Shown here piece by piece: positions 62,581-64,000 of a stretch of 64,000 bases of DNA (its first letter is position 1; each line of letters begins with the position of its first letter). Both the position numbers and the translations under genes were made by a program. The notes beneath the pieces were generated by a model, which saw nothing but the letters and a program-made list of their open reading frames with translations, searched no databases and was not told where the DNA came from. The stretch is from positions 64,001 through 128,000 of the forward strand of contig JAUVNS010000008.1 of assembly GCA_030599585.1 (NCBI GenBank), in the 5' to 3' direction. Origin of the DNA: Promethearchaeota archaeon. Its GTDB lineage: Archaea > Asgardarchaeota > Lokiarchaeia > Sigyniarchaeales > SOKP01.

Positions 62581-62880
62581 TTATTGATTCTTTAAAGATT
62601 TTCTGAATGCTCGAACCTTACTAAATGTATAAGAAAATATACCAATACATATAGCACTGGCAAGAAAGTTAGAGATGGACAATGATAAAGTATAGGAATA
62701 TGTAAGTTTATCGTATGGAAAAATATTAGTCCTGGCATAAATTAAAACAGGAACTGCAAAGAATATTGCTACTGCGAAAAATGAGGAACCAGTACTACTC
62801 AGAACACTTAAATAAATTGCCCGTTTTTTCGTTAACCTTATACCGAGCCATCTTATTTCATTATTTTTGTTTTTTTCCAT
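62581..62880 (-). CDS. Small 2-TM membrane protein
   Basis: Two hydrophobic segments, basic termini and a GGGTGA SD. Confidence 0.6.
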   Translation of the reverse strand: MEKNKNNEIRWLGIRLTKKRAIYLSVLSSTGSSFFAVAIFFAVPVLIYARTNIFPYDKLTYSYTLSLSISNFLASAICIGIFSYTFSKVRAFRKSLKNQ

Positions 62881-63080
62881 AGTTTTATTTTCACCCTTGT
62901 GTGTTATTTTATAATTTCATTCTTTGTTATTTAACCATTTTGTTACCCTTCTATTTGATATAAAAAACTGAAGTGAGAATGTGTTCCGGAGTTTTTATTG
63001 ATTTTTTAAAATATAAAAAGCTTTAGAGAAAAAAGGTTCGAAAATAACATTTTAAAAATAAAGGTTAAAAAAAAAATAAT

Positions 63081-63155
63081 TTAATACCTTACTGCGGCAA
63101 TATGATATCCCGTTGGGTTTAGGATTGATTTGGCTCCCTTTTCTTTTCTTTTCAT
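63081..63155 (-). CDS. 24-aa micropeptide C (MKRKEKGAKSILNPTGYHIAAVRY)
   Basis: ATG..TAA, 75 nt. GAGGT at 63164-63168 sits 8 nt before the ATG. Followed by a T-tract on the coding strand. Confidence 0.75.
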   Translation of the reverse strand: MKRKEKGAKSILNPTGYHIAAVRY

Positions 63156-63250
63156 ATTCTTTTACCTCGTTTTTTTAATTTGGTTTTGTTTTGTGTAGTA
63201 TTTGTCGTTAAATTGTGAATTTTTAATTATTCTAAAAAAAATTATAATTA

Positions 63251-63325
63251 CTAAAATATATCAAAACGGTCAGGAATATATCCTGCGTTTCTGATTATTA
63301 TCGTTCTTTTCTCTTTTTCTTCCAT
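63251..63325 (-). CDS. 24-aa micropeptide B (MEEKEKRTIIIRNAGYIPDRFDIF)
   Basis: ATG..TAG (then TAA), 75 nt. GAGGT at 63334-63338 sits 8 nt before the ATG. Confidence 0.75.
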   Translation of the reverse strand: MEEKEKRTIIIRNAGYIPDRFDIF

Positions 63326-63389
63326 CTTTTTTTACCTCGCTTTTTATTCTTTTTTTTATTGGTTTAAAAAATATTAAAAAAAATTTATA

Positions 63390-63464
63390 TTAAAATCTAA
63401 AAACTAAATTCTCTGGATTGAAGTTTTTCGTAAATTTAACTTCTTTTACTCTGGTTTTACTCAT
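63390..63464 (-). CDS. 24-aa micropeptide A (MSKTRVKEVKFTKNFNPENLVFRF)
   Basis: ATG..TAA, 75 nt. AAGGAGGT SD with GAGGT at 63473-63477, 8 nt before the ATG. Confidence 0.75.
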   Translation of the reverse strand: MSKTRVKEVKFTKNFNPENLVFRF

Positions 63465-63723
63465 AAGCTTTTACCTCCTTTTTTTTTTTTTTATTTTTTA
63501 TTTTTGTTATTAAATTATAATATCCATAAAATCCATATTTAGTTTTCAGATCAAAACTCTGAATGGACTTTTAAATATTTATTGAACTGTATTAGGAAGA
63601 AATCGATTTGGCAGGGTAAACGACATCAAAAATAGCAGAAATTAAGAATTCAAAAAAACAATAAAGGATCGTTATTTACATCGACAGATAAACTAAGTGA
63701 GAAATAACCAAAATTCCAGAGTA

Positions 63724-64000
63724 TTAACGGTATAAATTGGTCCCTCTTCCTAATATTTCTTTCACAACTCGTTTGTTTGCCTGAAAAGGATTTATAATCT
63801 TCTTTTTTGGAAATTCTAAAGGAGGTGTAAAGACTTGTTCTTTTTCGATCAGTAAATTATAGGCTTGATGTAAGAGAAACTCGAGATTGATAACGTCTTC
63901 GTTGTTATAGGCAAGCAATGTATCAAGATATTCTTTCTCTTTAGTTTGTTTATATTTTTTCCACAAGAGCACAGCAGAATAGCCGTCCAAGTCTTCAAGA
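63724..64000 (-). CDS. C-terminal part of a YprB/RNase_H_2-like exonuclease (5' end outside the window)
   Basis: DGYSAVLLW...LLAYNNEDVINL matches the YN.EDV motif of this family. Confidence 0.75.
   Translation of the reverse strand, partial: LEDLDGYSAVLLWKKYKQTKEKEYLDTLLAYNNEDVINLEFLLHQAYNLLIEKEQVFTPPLEFPKKKIINPFQANKRVVKEILGRGTNLYR

Noticed and set aside
63000-63600. Possible CRISPR array or simple tandem repeat
   Set aside because: The repeated part is only TTTTACCTC (reverse-strand SD), the spacing is irregular (139 and 170 nt), and the intervening DNA reads as ORFs. No cas genes are present.

Overview
AT-rich archaeal DNA, almost certainly from an Asgard archaeon of the Lokiarchaeia type. 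This is inferred from the ESCRT-II/Vps4/ESCRT-III cluster, the longin/roadblock-like proteins, archaeal eS1/uS15 and a BHB-type tRNA intron. The window holds housekeeping and metabolic genes (NIP7-like, PfkB kinase, pgk, larB/larC/nikR, GHMP kinase, rubrerythrin, radical SAM, sirtuin, glmU-like, rps3ae/rps15, rdgB, RNase III, two GDPDs, acyl-CoA ligase, MFS, two GNATs). It also has two tRNAs: Gly-GCC with a non-canonical 27/28 intron, and Val-GAC. Other notable loci are a MoxR-vWA pair, a non-nucleosomal-type histone, and a 16-kb five-gene operon combining a MacB/FtsX ABC system, a large membrane-anchored surface protein and a membrane-anchored subtilase with a Cys-rich cytoplasmic tail. The most unexpected signal is not in the ORF track. 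At 63081-63477 (minus strand) there is a tandem array of three micro-ORFs. Each is exactly 75 nt (24 aa), has a GAGGT Shine-Dalgarno exactly 8 nt before its ATG, and encodes a basic/charged N-terminus and an aromatic C-terminal residue. Other oddities are a fused DppB-DppC permease missing both EAA coupling loops, an internally deleted methyltransferase relic beside tRNA-Gly, and a TFS/RpoM paralogue lacking its catalytic C-terminal ribbon. All family assignments come from motif recognition by eye; no database searches were run.
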